In this document: in pieces, positions 10,439 through 19,847 of the stretch | How positions within the stretch are numbered: position 1 is the first letter of the stretch | Layout: each line of letters opens with the position of its first letter | From: a virus | Direction: 5' to 3' (one strand) | Length of the DNA stretch: 64,000 nt | IMG/VR virus record: IMGVR_UViG_3300029258_005404 | The notes under the pieces: model-generated | Databases searched by the model: none | Seen by the model: only the letters and a program-made list of their open reading frames with translations | Told to the model about the DNA's origin: nothing | Program-made: the position numbers and the translations under genes

Positions 10439-10449
10439 CGAAAGCTCCT

Positions 10450-10701
10450 TTAAAATGTATGAGGAGTCGTAGTTTCTGTTAATCCGGTTTTTTTACCACC
10501 TTCAAACTGATATTGGTAAGGTGACTGTAATTTTAAATTAGACGCAGCCTGTCTATTTAATGGAGTAAGCTGTGTTGCTATATTTGATTGATTTATTTTA
10601 TCTTTAAGATTCATTAGATTCATTCCATACATAGCAATACTCATTGGATTTATTGCTGTCTTTTCCATTTCTCTGAAAAAAGAATTCCATATATGATTCA
10701 T
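10450..10701 (-). CDS. Small protein with divergent AFxDELxKIA-type leader
   Basis: N-terminal WNSFFREMEKTA. Confidence 0.55.
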   Translation of the reverse strand: MNHIWNSFFREMEKTAINPMSIAMYGMNLMNLKDKINQSNIATQLTPLNRQAASNLKLQSPYQYQFEGGKKTGLTETTTPHTF

Positions 10702-11495
10702 TATCTCATTCCCAACTTTCTTACAGCAACAAGATCTTCTTGAGAAAGCTGTTCTGGTTTTATATTTCCGGCAAGTATATTATTTCTTAAAAATGTGGTA
10801 TAATTTTGACCAGACAGTTTTTTTCTCGCCTGATATAATCTGGATGCCCCCATTAAACCAGCCGCACCAAGAGCACCTACTCCTCCACGCACACCCCACG
10901 TGTGTATACCACCAAGAACAGATCTTCTATACCCACCTTTTACAGCTATGCTCGGAATTGTTTTTGGAGTTCCAGCTAAACCTTTACCAATAAATTTAGT
11001 TGCCCCTTTTGTAGTTGCTGCAACCCCAGTACCAATAGCTTTTCCTGTGCCAATTACAAATCTTTTTGCAAAAGTGCTTAATAGCGCCCTTTTCTCAATA
11101 TATGATGATTTTTTAAAAAAAAGTGGAGCCTCTTCTTGAACACGTTTTGTTGTTCCAACAAGTTCAGAATATGCCTCCTGAGCATTTTCTTTTGGAACTT
11201 TTTTTTGTATATATTCAAGATATTTATTATGAACACTAGGCGCATTCCATCCAAAAGCAGCACCAGCCATACCGGAGACAGCAACAGGAACTTTTTTTAA
11301 TTTATATGCCTCTTTAAAAGAAACCTTTTTTCTTAATAAGGCTGGTAATATAGGCGAAGCCGCGATTGCTGCCGATGCAATAGTTCCAAGAGCACTCCAT
11401 CTAAGCTTATCGGCAAACTCATCTCCTAACGGTTTATCTGTTGGTTTGACAGTTTTGCCGATTATATCAAGCTCAATATTTTCTCTTGTTCCCAT
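10701..11495 (-). CDS. Basic membrane-like virion protein
   Basis: 264 aa with several Gly/Ala-rich hydrophobic segments. Confidence 0.6.
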   Translation of the reverse strand: MGTRENIELDIIGKTVKPTDKPLGDEFADKLRWSALGTIASAAIAASPILPALLRKKVSFKEAYKLKKVPVAVSGMAGAAFGWNAPSVHNKYLEYIQKKVPKENAQEAYSELVGTTKRVQEEAPLFFKKSSYIEKRALLSTFAKRFVIGTGKAIGTGVAATTKGATKFIGKGLAGTPKTIPSIAVKGGYRRSVLGGIHTWGVRGGVGALGAAGLMGASRLYQARKKLSGQNYTTFLRNNILAGNIKPEQLSQEDLVAVRKLGMR

Positions 11496-11500
11496 ATTAA

Positions 11501-12349
11501 TTATTTCTGGCCAATAAGCTCTTCACTTATAACTTTATTAAAAGCTGCGACTGTTTTATTTACATTTTGCAGCATTTCAGTAGTTGCTGCTATTTTTTCT
11601 AAAGACATTATCAGCTGATCAACAGGTTTAAGCATCTCTGCATTTTTGTTAATACGAAGAGATGACACTTTTGTAAAACCTGTTTTAACAGTGAAACCAT
11701 CGCCAATCAAGTCTTTATGAATTACATCATATGCAGCAGCAATCTTCATGGGATCGAGACCCATATCTTTAACATATCGTGATGCAATTTTCGCTATATC
11801 TCCGATTGATTCACCATTTGAAATCATAAGTTTTGCATCGTGGGCCATTTTTAAAAATGCTTTTTCAGCACTCTGAACCTCATTGTATCTTAATGATTCA
11901 ATATCACTAATAAATGCTTCAAAAGCATTTCTATAATTACCCAGCTTCTGAAACTCAGCAAGTTTTTCACCGGCATCTGGGGCCTGTTCTATATTACCAA
12001 CATCATTACCAACAATTAATGTCAACAGCGAACGGAAATCGCTAGGTGGTGTTGCGTAATTTTCCATAGCTTTCTCACTTTTTAGAATTTCATCTTTTAA
12101 TTTATTGAAATTAGCAAGATCGAATGATATATTCGATTTGTCTGTTTCTTCATTTTGATATAGTGAAAGGTATACATTTTGATTAGCGAGTTCACAAATT
12201 CTTTTTAATACTTCAAGATTGTCAACATCACCTTCATAGTAGGATGATAATATAGTATCATTCATATCATCACCGGTTAATAAATAATTTTCTGATGCTT
12301 TATGAGCAATATTTTTTATACTATCAACTAAATTCATTATAAATGCCAA
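11501..12349 (-). CDS. Helical head-associated protein with KxA motifs
   Basis: 282 aa ORF; AKIAS, EKIAA, EKLAE motifs. Confidence 0.6.
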   Translation of the reverse strand: MAFIMNLVDSIKNIAHKASENYLLTGDDMNDTILSSYYEGDVDNLEVLKRICELANQNVYLSLYQNEETDKSNISFDLANFNKLKDEILKSEKAMENYATPPSDFRSLLTLIVGNDVGNIEQAPDAGEKLAEFQKLGNYRNAFEAFISDIESLRYNEVQSAEKAFLKMAHDAKLMISNGESIGDIAKIASRYVKDMGLDPMKIAAAYDVIHKDLIGDGFTVKTGFTKVSSLRINKNAEMLKPVDQLIMSLEKIAATTEMLQNVNKTVAAFNKVISEELIGQK

Positions 12350-12472
12350 ATTGAAGGTTCTATCAAAAATATAACATATAAGTCATTAGCTTGCAACTAT
12401 TATTGATTAATCGTTTACCCTGTGTTATCTTATATATAATATCATGAAACTCATAAAAAGGGTGGCTATTTT

Positions 12473-12868
12473 ATGCAGAAAGAAAATTTTGATTTTCAAA
12501 AAGAACTAAAAGCCTCTATTTTCGGTGCTGATGAGAAGCAGGATCGTCACGAGTTGGTGGCTATGATATTCAAATCATACGTTGCAAAGTGTATTGAATA
12601 TACTTTAATAAAGAAGACAAACCGTATAGAATTGATGGCAATGTATCAAATTAGACGTAATCTTATTAATGAGTTCAGAAACGCTGAGCTTGGTGAATAT
12701 CAAAAGTCAGTTAAACAATATGAAGAATTATTTAATACGGCTATTGAAGAAATATTCAATGAGGCCAGCCATGCGCATGAAGGAATAAATATAGCAACAG
12801 TTGATCAGACTTTAGAGATTAACAAAAGAGCATATGCAGAAAATAGAGGGATAATCATTCCAAATTAA
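12473..12868 (+). CDS. Hypothetical protein
   Basis: 131 aa with AAGGGTGG SD-like site, divergent from the head operon. Confidence 0.6.
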   Translation: MQKENFDFQKELKASIFGADEKQDRHELVAMIFKSYVAKCIEYTLIKKTNRIELMAMYQIRRNLINEFRNAELGEYQKSVKQYEELFNTAIEEIFNEASHAHEGINIATVDQTLEINKRAYAENRGIIIPN

Positions 12869-13230
12869 AATTGTACATGAGATGTTTTGCGATTTCTTCT
12901 TAGTATACCAGTATTTCGTGCTGTTACTTCATTCCGGTATTCTACAGGAGTCATGCCTTTCATTTTTTCTTCTTTTGTTGTTGAAATCATATCTTGCTGA
13001 ATAACTCTTGCTTTCAATGGAGGCGATTTCTGCGGATTAAATAATTTTTTTGCTATTTTAATAAACAAGTCTGATAATTCAGCATTCTTAACGTGTTCAG
13101 GAAGAGATTTTATATCTGGAGTTTCTTTTGCCCATTTTTTTGAAGTCCCTTTTGGAATTTCACCTTTTTTTTCTTTTGCAAAAAACAATCTCATTTGCGC
13201 AATTGATTTAAATGGTGAAACCTTTATCAT
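12865..13230 (-). CDS. Small basic protein
   Basis: 121 aa with GGAGG SD; PFKSIAQMR...GEIPK...KWAKET...LPEHVK domain. Confidence 0.6.
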   Translation of the reverse strand: MIKVSPFKSIAQMRLFFAKEKKGEIPKGTSKKWAKETPDIKSLPEHVKNAELSDLFIKIAKKLFNPQKSPPLKARVIQQDMISTTKEEKMKGMTPVEYRNEVTARNTGILRRNRKTSHVQF

Positions 13231-13239
13231 AATTGCCTC

Positions 13240-14913
13240 CTATCCTAATGAAATTGCCGATGGCTCTTCTTCTCCAAACGGATCTGCGCCACCACTAAGA
13301 TATTTAGAATATTCACCTCTTGCTATTTTACAAGCTATTCTACTGAACATATATGCATGAAATGCATCATCAGGAACATTATGATCATATTTTGTCATTC
13401 TTAGTTGTTCACTATATTCTGAAAATATACCTGTAAAATCTGGTTGAAATTCTTTAAATTGCTCATACCTAAAAAAATCGATTTCGGCACGTTTAATCTC
13501 CATTATCATATCTGTCATCATTTGGGTCCGATTAATAATATAATATCCTTTATCTTTATCCCATCTTATTTTCTTTTTTAAAGACCCGTGCTCATAAAGC
13601 TCACCAAATCTTCCAGGACCAAGAGCTTCTACCATTAATGCGTTCGATGTACGACCATCGCCGGTATCGGCTATTGTAAGGACACATCTGAAACGATTAA
13701 TTATTCTGAGCATGTCTTTAACTTGTGGTATTGGGGCGGATAATCTTCCAGTATATTTTTTAGAAAATAATACTTTAAATTTTGCCTGATGCCATGTGCT
13801 TATTGTCAAAACCGAATATGATGTTCCTGATGCTGTATCACCTTTACCCCAATCAATTCCCGCAAAATTAATACTATTTTTGACAACAGGGTCACTCGGG
13901 GCCCATTCATCATCAACCATTTCATATTCTTGACAACACCTTTTAATTTCTGCTACACTTAATGGATGTTTTGCGGCCGCATAAGGTAATGCAAGAATTT
14001 CATTGAAGTATTTTTCAGTAGAATATATTTTTCGTGTTTGTATAACGTTTATTTGCCATGCTTCAGGGTGCTTTTCATTATTAACCCAATTTAGAACAAT
14101 CTGTGGAAGCCTAAATCCATCGATGTATGGGTCAGTGTTATTCATTTGCACCCACTGTCCATCACGATAATATATTGGTTTGCCGCATTTATTACAAATT
14201 AAACAGGTATCACCTATATTATATTCATTTATGAAATTATATTTCTTACACCCAGTATTCTGACATTTAATAATCCATTCATTCTGAGTTGATTCCTCCC
14301 AATAACGCTCCATTGTATTTTCAACTGTTTTAGGTGTGCCTGCATATAATTTACAGTTAAATAAATGCATTGGTAGGTCTGGAAATTGTTTTACAAGATG
14401 TTCCCATTTAGCAAGACTATGGCTCATCGCCTGTTCTATAACAGGGACATGATCGCTAATTATATCTTGAATTTCATCTATAGCAGAAAAATCAGTAGAT
14501 ATACCACGTATAGAGTCAGCAGTATGGAAAGCAGAACGAAGGTATATTTTGCTTCCATTTTTCATTTCTTTATATGATACCTGGTCTTTTGTTTTAGTAT
14601 CAAAATAATGATCTTTTACCAAATCAGATTCATGTAATGCGCTATTCAATTTATCAGTTGAAAATACAGATACTTGATTTCCGGTTGGGGCAACGTAAAG
14701 CGCATGATATGATGGATATTTAACTGCTGGTAACGATAATTTAAATCCAACCGTCGTAGACTTATGAGTCTGACGACCAAATTTGAACATCATTGCATTG
14801 GACCGTTTATTATATATTGGATAAAGGTGCCTCATTGAATCATAAGGCATTTGAAGGGGCATTCTATTTAAACAAAATATCCCTGTTGCAAATTGTGATG
14901 GGCTTATACTCAT
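13240..14913 (-). CDS. terL: Terminase large subunit
   Basis: Walker A-like GRQTHKST, Walker B AIDEIQD, Zn-ribbon CQNTGC...CNKC, nuclease motifs GIDWG and PDDAFH. Confidence 0.9.
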   Translation of the reverse strand: MSISPSQFATGIFCLNRMPLQMPYDSMRHLYPIYNKRSNAMMFKFGRQTHKSTTVGFKLSLPAVKYPSYHALYVAPTGNQVSVFSTDKLNSALHESDLVKDHYFDTKTKDQVSYKEMKNGSKIYLRSAFHTADSIRGISTDFSAIDEIQDIISDHVPVIEQAMSHSLAKWEHLVKQFPDLPMHLFNCKLYAGTPKTVENTMERYWEESTQNEWIIKCQNTGCKKYNFINEYNIGDTCLICNKCGKPIYYRDGQWVQMNNTDPYIDGFRLPQIVLNWVNNEKHPEAWQINVIQTRKIYSTEKYFNEILALPYAAAKHPLSVAEIKRCCQEYEMVDDEWAPSDPVVKNSINFAGIDWGKGDTASGTSYSVLTISTWHQAKFKVLFSKKYTGRLSAPIPQVKDMLRIINRFRCVLTIADTGDGRTSNALMVEALGPGRFGELYEHGSLKKKIRWDKDKGYYIINRTQMMTDMIMEIKRAEIDFFRYEQFKEFQPDFTGIFSEYSEQLRMTKYDHNVPDDAFHAYMFSRIACKIARGEYSKYLSGGADPFGEEEPSAISLG

Positions 14914-15968
14914 AAATCAGCTTTATCACCTGCTATATCGCCTAATACGTCTGGTAAATCGTCAATATTAGCAATAACTTCTGTACAATCAGTAAATTCA
15001 AGTTCAAGTTGATTCATTTTCTTAAAAAAGTCATCCGAATCGCTACGATCGTCTGGCATATGCTCTTTAGCTTTAATATATATATCAAGCCATTTTTTAG
15101 CCGCATTAGCCTTCATTTCTTCAACATTACGACGCTTCGTTTTTGTTGAACTAAATCCCCCCATTTCATTTTCACCGATTTCTTCTTCTGTTTCAACACT
15201 TTGTGTCATGGACATGGTTTCATAGAATTTATACATACTATCGGTTTGCACTTTTTCAAGGAAATCTTTTGGTTTTGGAGGTTGAACAACGTACCCTATT
15301 TTCCACTTTATATAATCCATATTATGAAAATGGACTGGCAAATCACACCCATCAGAAGACGAATTATAAAGAAGCTCGAGTTCAGACCCGCTTCTAAATT
15401 GCCGTATTATAAGAGCATTATTCCTAAAAGGGATACAATATTTCATTGCAGCCTTCGCGCACATTTCAGTTGTATCCCAAAATATTTTTTGATATAAATT
15501 AAGAGCCTCAATTCCAATTTTTTTTCTATATTTGACAAATATAACATCAGAAATTGTATCAACAGGCTCATTATTATAAAAAAATATATTAACTATTGAC
15601 ATAACATCTTTATTTGCGTGTATCCATACACAATCATCACACCATTTAAAATATATTGGAGGATTGTTTATATTTTTTGCAGATCTTACAATATGGTCAT
15701 ATATTTCGAATATTCCAAAATGATTAAGCCATTCTACATGAGATTCATCACTAACACGAAGTATATTACCTGAATTTACAATATCTCTTATTGATTCGGG
15801 AAGGATTGCCCTTATTTCATCAAATATATTTGATACCTCTTGGGCTTCTACGTAATAATTAAAAGTTTTTAATTTATCAACAATTCCATTGATATCTTTT
15901 CCACAAAATAGGAGTGCGATGATAAATTTTTTAAATGGAATTTTGTACATTAAATCTCCATAAGTCAT
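14910..15968 (-). CDS. Hypothetical protein, candidate terminase small subunit
   Basis: 352 aa, overlaps the terL start by 4 nt. Function from position only. Confidence 0.45.
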   Translation of the reverse strand: MTYGDLMYKIPFKKFIIALLFCGKDINGIVDKLKTFNYYVEAQEVSNIFDEIRAILPESIRDIVNSGNILRVSDESHVEWLNHFGIFEIYDHIVRSAKNINNPPIYFKWCDDCVWIHANKDVMSIVNIFFYNNEPVDTISDVIFVKYRKKIGIEALNLYQKIFWDTTEMCAKAAMKYCIPFRNNALIIRQFRSGSELELLYNSSSDGCDLPVHFHNMDYIKWKIGYVVQPPKPKDFLEKVQTDSMYKFYETMSMTQSVETEEEIGENEMGGFSSTKTKRRNVEEMKANAAKKWLDIYIKAKEHMPDDRSDSDDFFKKMNQLELEFTDCTEVIANIDDLPDVLGDIAGDKADL

Positions 15969-16101
15969 TATATTATGAAAAATATAATATTTTTTATAGG
16001 ATTGCTAATTTATTAATTTATTTTGCCCTTGTTAATTATGTGATTTATATTCTATAATATGATTATATAATTATATAGAAACTTTTTCAAAGGAAGTTTT
16101 T

Positions 16102-16776
16102 ATGAATAAAGAAGCAAAAGCCGCTCAGGCGATATTAGGTTTTTTGAGAAAATCAGCCCCATATGCTGCGGCAGGATTGGCAGGTGCTGGTGCCGGTAGC
16201 GTCGCCGGACATCGTTTTGGAGTTCGTGCTGGTGCTGAAAGGATGGGGAATGAAATGGCAACCGCATTCTCTGAAGCAAACACAAAAGAAAACAAAGCTA
16301 TTATCGACTCATTTAAAGCATTTAATAAAAAGGAAAATGCTATCCTTGCAAATCAGTATCTCAGACGCGGCATAAATATGGGGTACAGTATGGCTACGGC
16401 AAAACCAGATAAGGGTGTAAGCAAAACTGCGTCTGATATTGCAGAAAAAGCGTTTTATGATGAGCTTGAAAAGCTTGGTTTTAGCATGGGTGCGCTAAAG
16501 GATGTTGGTGCAAAAGCTATTAAATCTTTAGGAAATTCATTTTCAAGACTTGGTAAAAATATCCATTATTCAGGCTCAAATCTAAAATCTGCATTTAGGT
16601 CAGCTGATGGCCAAGCAAAACGCATGTATTTAAAATCTGCTAAATCACACATGAAAGATGCAGTAACTAAAAGTCCGTTGGCTGCAAGTATTATCGGCGG
16701 TACGACATTAGCTGGTGGCGGCTACTATCTTGGGAAAAATCGACCAAAAAGAACTGTTGTAGATTATAGGTATTAA
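16102..16776 (+). CDS. Gly/Ala-rich basic protein with internal AFYDELEKLG motif
   Basis: Same family as the minus-strand AFxDELxKIA proteins; hydrophobic N- and C-terminal segments. Confidence 0.65.
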   Translation: MNKEAKAAQAILGFLRKSAPYAAAGLAGAGAGSVAGHRFGVRAGAERMGNEMATAFSEANTKENKAIIDSFKAFNKKENAILANQYLRRGINMGYSMATAKPDKGVSKTASDIAEKAFYDELEKLGFSMGALKDVGAKAIKSLGNSFSRLGKNIHYSGSNLKSAFRSADGQAKRMYLKSAKSHMKDAVTKSPLAASIIGGTTLAGGGYYLGKNRPKRTVVDYRY

Positions 16777-16786
16777 AAATGATTCC

Positions 16787-17040
16787 AATATCAGTAAAAA
16801 GCTTCCAGGGCTGTCTCGAGAAGATAGCCCTGTCAGTCACTCGCACTATGCACAGCGAGCGTGAGAACGCAGATCTACAGCCTCTCAGTAAAGATAGGCG
16901 TTCTATTAGCACTCCGCAGGATTTACCTTTCTCAAAAAAAATGACCAGAACAAATATCAGTAGAAGTCATCTTGAAGATAAAAGAATGACTCATCACCAT
17001 TTGAGAAAGAATCGTATTCGTAGTAGTTATTTTCGATATT
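16787..17040 (+). ncRNA. Candidate retron-like msr-msd RNA upstream of the RT operon
   Basis: Closing arms AATATCAGTAAAAA|G (16787-16801) and TAG|TTATTTTCGATATT (17024-17040) pair at 11 of 14 positions. Internal hairpins at 16806-16832, 16840-16859, 16864-16904 and 16927-17009; a G-U pair favours the plus strand. Confidence 0.55.
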
Positions 17041-17044
17041 AACA

Positions 17045-17063
17045 TGTAATAACAATATTGTAG
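17045..17063 (+). promoter_or_regulatory. Putative promoter, TG-N-WATAAC-WATW motif
   Basis: TGTAATAACAATATTGTAG, nearly identical to TGTAATAACTATAGTGTAG at 39660. Confidence 0.45.
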
Positions 17064-17110
17064 AGAGATTCTATTGGCTTTCTGTGCTAACAGAACTCTT
17101 AATATTTTTT

Positions 17111-17142
17111 GGATCGGAATGAAAAACCGGTCCACTTTTTTT
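17111..17142 (+). terminator. Terminator/attenuator-like hairpin just upstream of the DHH gene
   Basis: GGATCGG/CCGGTCC stem followed by ACTTTTTTT. Confidence 0.5.
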
Positions 17143-17165
17143 ACCCATTTTAAAAAGGAGTACTG

Positions 17166-18281
17166 ATGAAGAATAGGACGGTACATCTTTTCTTTCATGA
17201 TGATGTTGACGGAATTGTATCAGCAGCAATGATAATGAAAGGCTTTTTCAATGATCATGTTTATCGGCTTTATCCAGTAAAGTCCTCTATGAGAGGGGAG
17301 AAGTTTGACACCACCATCAAAAATCTACGCAAAGAAGCTCCGGAAGATGCCATTATAATAGTTGATTATCAGCACCATGCAGATGCTGATTTGTGGATTG
17401 ATCACCATTATAATCCTGACCTCGGTGAAAATGAATTGAAAAATGGAAATTTATTTTACAATTCAAAAGTAAAATCTGCTGCAAGGGTTATATATAATTG
17501 GTTTGAAAGCAATTCTGTATTAAAGGGCGCTGTGAATCAACATATCGTTGATATTGTAGATATGATTGATAGTGCTGGTTACAAAGATATCGATTATATA
17601 TTCTCCAGCACCGAGCCACTTATGATTCTTAAGGCTTACCTGGAACGCCTGTCAATTTATGTCGATTCTACTTATTGCAGAATAGTTGAATTAATTTATC
17701 ATTATGATTTCGATATTGATAAAGTGTTATTTACGCTAAATATCGATAATAACATTATTGATGAATTGAGAAAGTCAGCTAATGCTATTGGAAAGGCTAT
17801 GGTTGTTAATGGTGTAATGGGTGTAACTGAGATGAATCGCTTATACGCATACCCAAGATATTCAGAATATTTTGTAAAGCCTGATTTAATGTATTGTATC
17901 AGAGTTGTTCATTTGGGTGGTGACCGCGTCCAAATGGATGTTGGATATAATAAATGGCAAGATAAACCGTGTAAAGTACATATTGGTAAATTACTTGGTA
18001 GCCTTGAATATGCTATAAGTGGAGGTGGTCATTTTACTGTTGGTGGTGCGATAATCATAGAAAATGATATTGAGCGATTTATTGATGATATGTGCGTTCA
18101 GTTTAATGGTTCGGAGGACAGTATGGAAAAATATTCTGTTGATAAAACAGATCCTGTTGAGAAAAAATCTGATGAATTAATTAAAACCGGTGACGCTAAA
18201 ACAAAAGCCGATGCCAGGAGCAAAGTAACATCAAAATTGGAAGGAGGAGATTCAGAACGTGTTCAAAGCGGGGACGTCTAA
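17166..18281 (+). CDS. DHH/DHHA1-family phosphoesterase (nanoRNase-like)
   Basis: HDDVDG, IIVD and WIDHH motifs; C-terminal SGGGH; AAGGAG SD. Confidence 0.85.
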   Translation: MKNRTVHLFFHDDVDGIVSAAMIMKGFFNDHVYRLYPVKSSMRGEKFDTTIKNLRKEAPEDAIIIVDYQHHADADLWIDHHYNPDLGENELKNGNLFYNSKVKSAARVIYNWFESNSVLKGAVNQHIVDIVDMIDSAGYKDIDYIFSSTEPLMILKAYLERLSIYVDSTYCRIVELIYHYDFDIDKVLFTLNIDNNIIDELRKSANAIGKAMVVNGVMGVTEMNRLYAYPRYSEYFVKPDLMYCIRVVHLGGDRVQMDVGYNKWQDKPCKVHIGKLLGSLEYAISGGGHFTVGGAIIIENDIERFIDDMCVQFNGSEDSMEKYSVDKTDPVEKKSDELIKTGDAKTKADARSKVTSKLEGGDSERVQSGDV

Positions 18282-19329
18282 TTTCGACCTCAAACAGGTT
18301 CTAGGTGCAGAGCTAGAAACAGTCGATGAAATAATCGCTAATAAAGAAAATCATATTGAGCGAATATCAATTCCAAAAAAAAGCGGGGGCAAAAGAAATA
18401 TTATAGCCCCCGACCCGCAATTAAAATATATTCAAAAAAGTATATATTGGCGTGTATTCAGAAGGTATAAAGCTGACTCATCAGCTCACGGATTTGTTTC
18501 AAAAAGAGGAATCGTTACAAATGCCGATTGCCATGTTGGAGCCAAATGTCTTGGAAAAATAGATATTAAAGATTTTTTTGATTCAATATCTATTGACCAT
18601 TTAAAAAATTGTCTTTTTGGAAATAAACATATCTGCAGATATTGCAAGCATTATGAAAGAATGCTTGATGGAAGATGCAATCCATCATTGTATCACAATA
18701 AAACCCAAGTTTTTGATTTCAAATGTGAAGAAATTAAAGCAGTACATATACCTGAATATTGCGAAGAAACAGGATACATTTCATTATTTAATAGAATTAT
18801 AGAACTTTGCACTTTTGAAGGATTTACCGCGCAAGGATTCCCGACATCCCCTATGCTTGCCAATATAGTAATGCGCGGATTCGATAAATCAATGAAAGAA
18901 TTCTGTACCACAGAAGGAATTGCATACACAAGATATGCAGACGATCTTGCTTTCAGCAGTCATAATTTGACAAAATTCGAACTGAAAAAGAAAATAAAAC
19001 AAAAAGCCTATCAATTATTATGGGCTTATGGATTTACTCCAAATAAAAAGAAAACTATATGGAAATCAAGCGCCGGCCGACTTAAAATATGCGGTGTGGT
19101 AGTGAATGTTAAAAAATCAGTACAACGTAGAGATGTACATAAATTCAGAGCAGAAGTACATCATGCTACAGTAAAAAATGCTGATAAAACAACAAAAGGG
19201 GATTTGAGAAAATTAAAGGGATGGGCATCATTTTTAATGTCCATAGATCCTGTAAAGGGTAAAAAATACATGAATCAGCTTCTCAAGTTTGAAGCAGATA
19301 AATTTTCCATAAAATCAAAAGGAATATAA
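18259..19329 (+). CDS. Retron-type reverse transcriptase with a Cys-rich insertion
   Basis: IPKKSGGKRNI, AHGF, retron region-X NADCH, DIKDFFDSI, QGFPTSP, YTRYADDL and the VTG-equivalent ICGVVVN. GTG start with AAGGAGG SD, overlapping the DHH stop. Confidence 0.9.
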   Translation: MFKAGTSNFDLKQVLGAELETVDEIIANKENHIERISIPKKSGGKRNIIAPDPQLKYIQKSIYWRVFRRYKADSSAHGFVSKRGIVTNADCHVGAKCLGKIDIKDFFDSISIDHLKNCLFGNKHICRYCKHYERMLDGRCNPSLYHNKTQVFDFKCEEIKAVHIPEYCEETGYISLFNRIIELCTFEGFTAQGFPTSPMLANIVMRGFDKSMKEFCTTEGIAYTRYADDLAFSSHNLTKFELKKKIKQKAYQLLWAYGFTPNKKKTIWKSSAGRLKICGVVVNVKKSVQRRDVHKFRAEVHHATVKNADKTTKGDLRKLKGWASFLMSIDPVKGKKYMNQLLKFEADKFSIKSKGI

Positions 19330-19335
19330 TAAATA

Positions 19336-19839
19336 GTGGAATTTATGATATATACAGACGGGGGTTGTTCAGGAAACCAAAGAGGCGCTAACTGTCCGGG
19401 CGGATATGGTTATATAATCATTGATGCTGGAAATAATATATTGCGTCGTGGTGGTGGTTATCGAATCAATGTTACCAATAACCAGATGGAATTAATGGCT
19501 GTTATTCAAGGAATGAGGGCTTTAAAAAAGCTTCTGGATCAAGAATATGGTGGTGCTAAAAACCACTCATGTTTAATAAGGCCTGATTCTAAATATGTTT
19601 CAGACAATTACGAAGAATACTTACCTACATGGAAGAGAAATGGTTGGAGAAAGTCAAACAGAAAACCAGTTCTTAATGTTGCGTTATGGAAAAAGCTGGA
19701 TGCTTTGACCCCCGAATTTAAAGCATTCAAATTTAGTTGGGTCAAGGGTCATGCCCGAAGCAAGTTTAATAATATGGCTGACGGTATTGCTCAGGACAAA
19801 ATTAAAGAAGCAAAAGAATCCATAATCAATTCTGTGTAG
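19336..19839 (+). CDS. rnhA: Ribonuclease HI
   Basis: IYTDGGCSGN, TNNQMELMA, DSKYV, WKRNGW, WVKGH, NNMADGIA. Confidence 0.95.
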   Translation: MEFMIYTDGGCSGNQRGANCPGGYGYIIIDAGNNILRRGGGYRINVTNNQMELMAVIQGMRALKKLLDQEYGGAKNHSCLIRPDSKYVSDNYEEYLPTWKRNGWRKSNRKPVLNVALWKKLDALTPEFKAFKFSWVKGHARSKFNNMADGIAQDKIKEAKESIINSV

Positions 19840-19847
19840 GAGGAGCA

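Noticed and set aside
16779-17042. 87-aa ORF (and antisense ORFs 16691..16912, 16932..17198)
   Set aside because: No clear SD and no protein-like motif; it coincides with nested hairpins better explained as ncRNA.
18259-19329. DGR or group II intron RT
   Set aside because: It has QGFPTSP and NAxxH rather than the DGR SQ motif. No TR/VR pair or Avd-like gene was seen, and no maturase/endonuclease domain or intron domain V.
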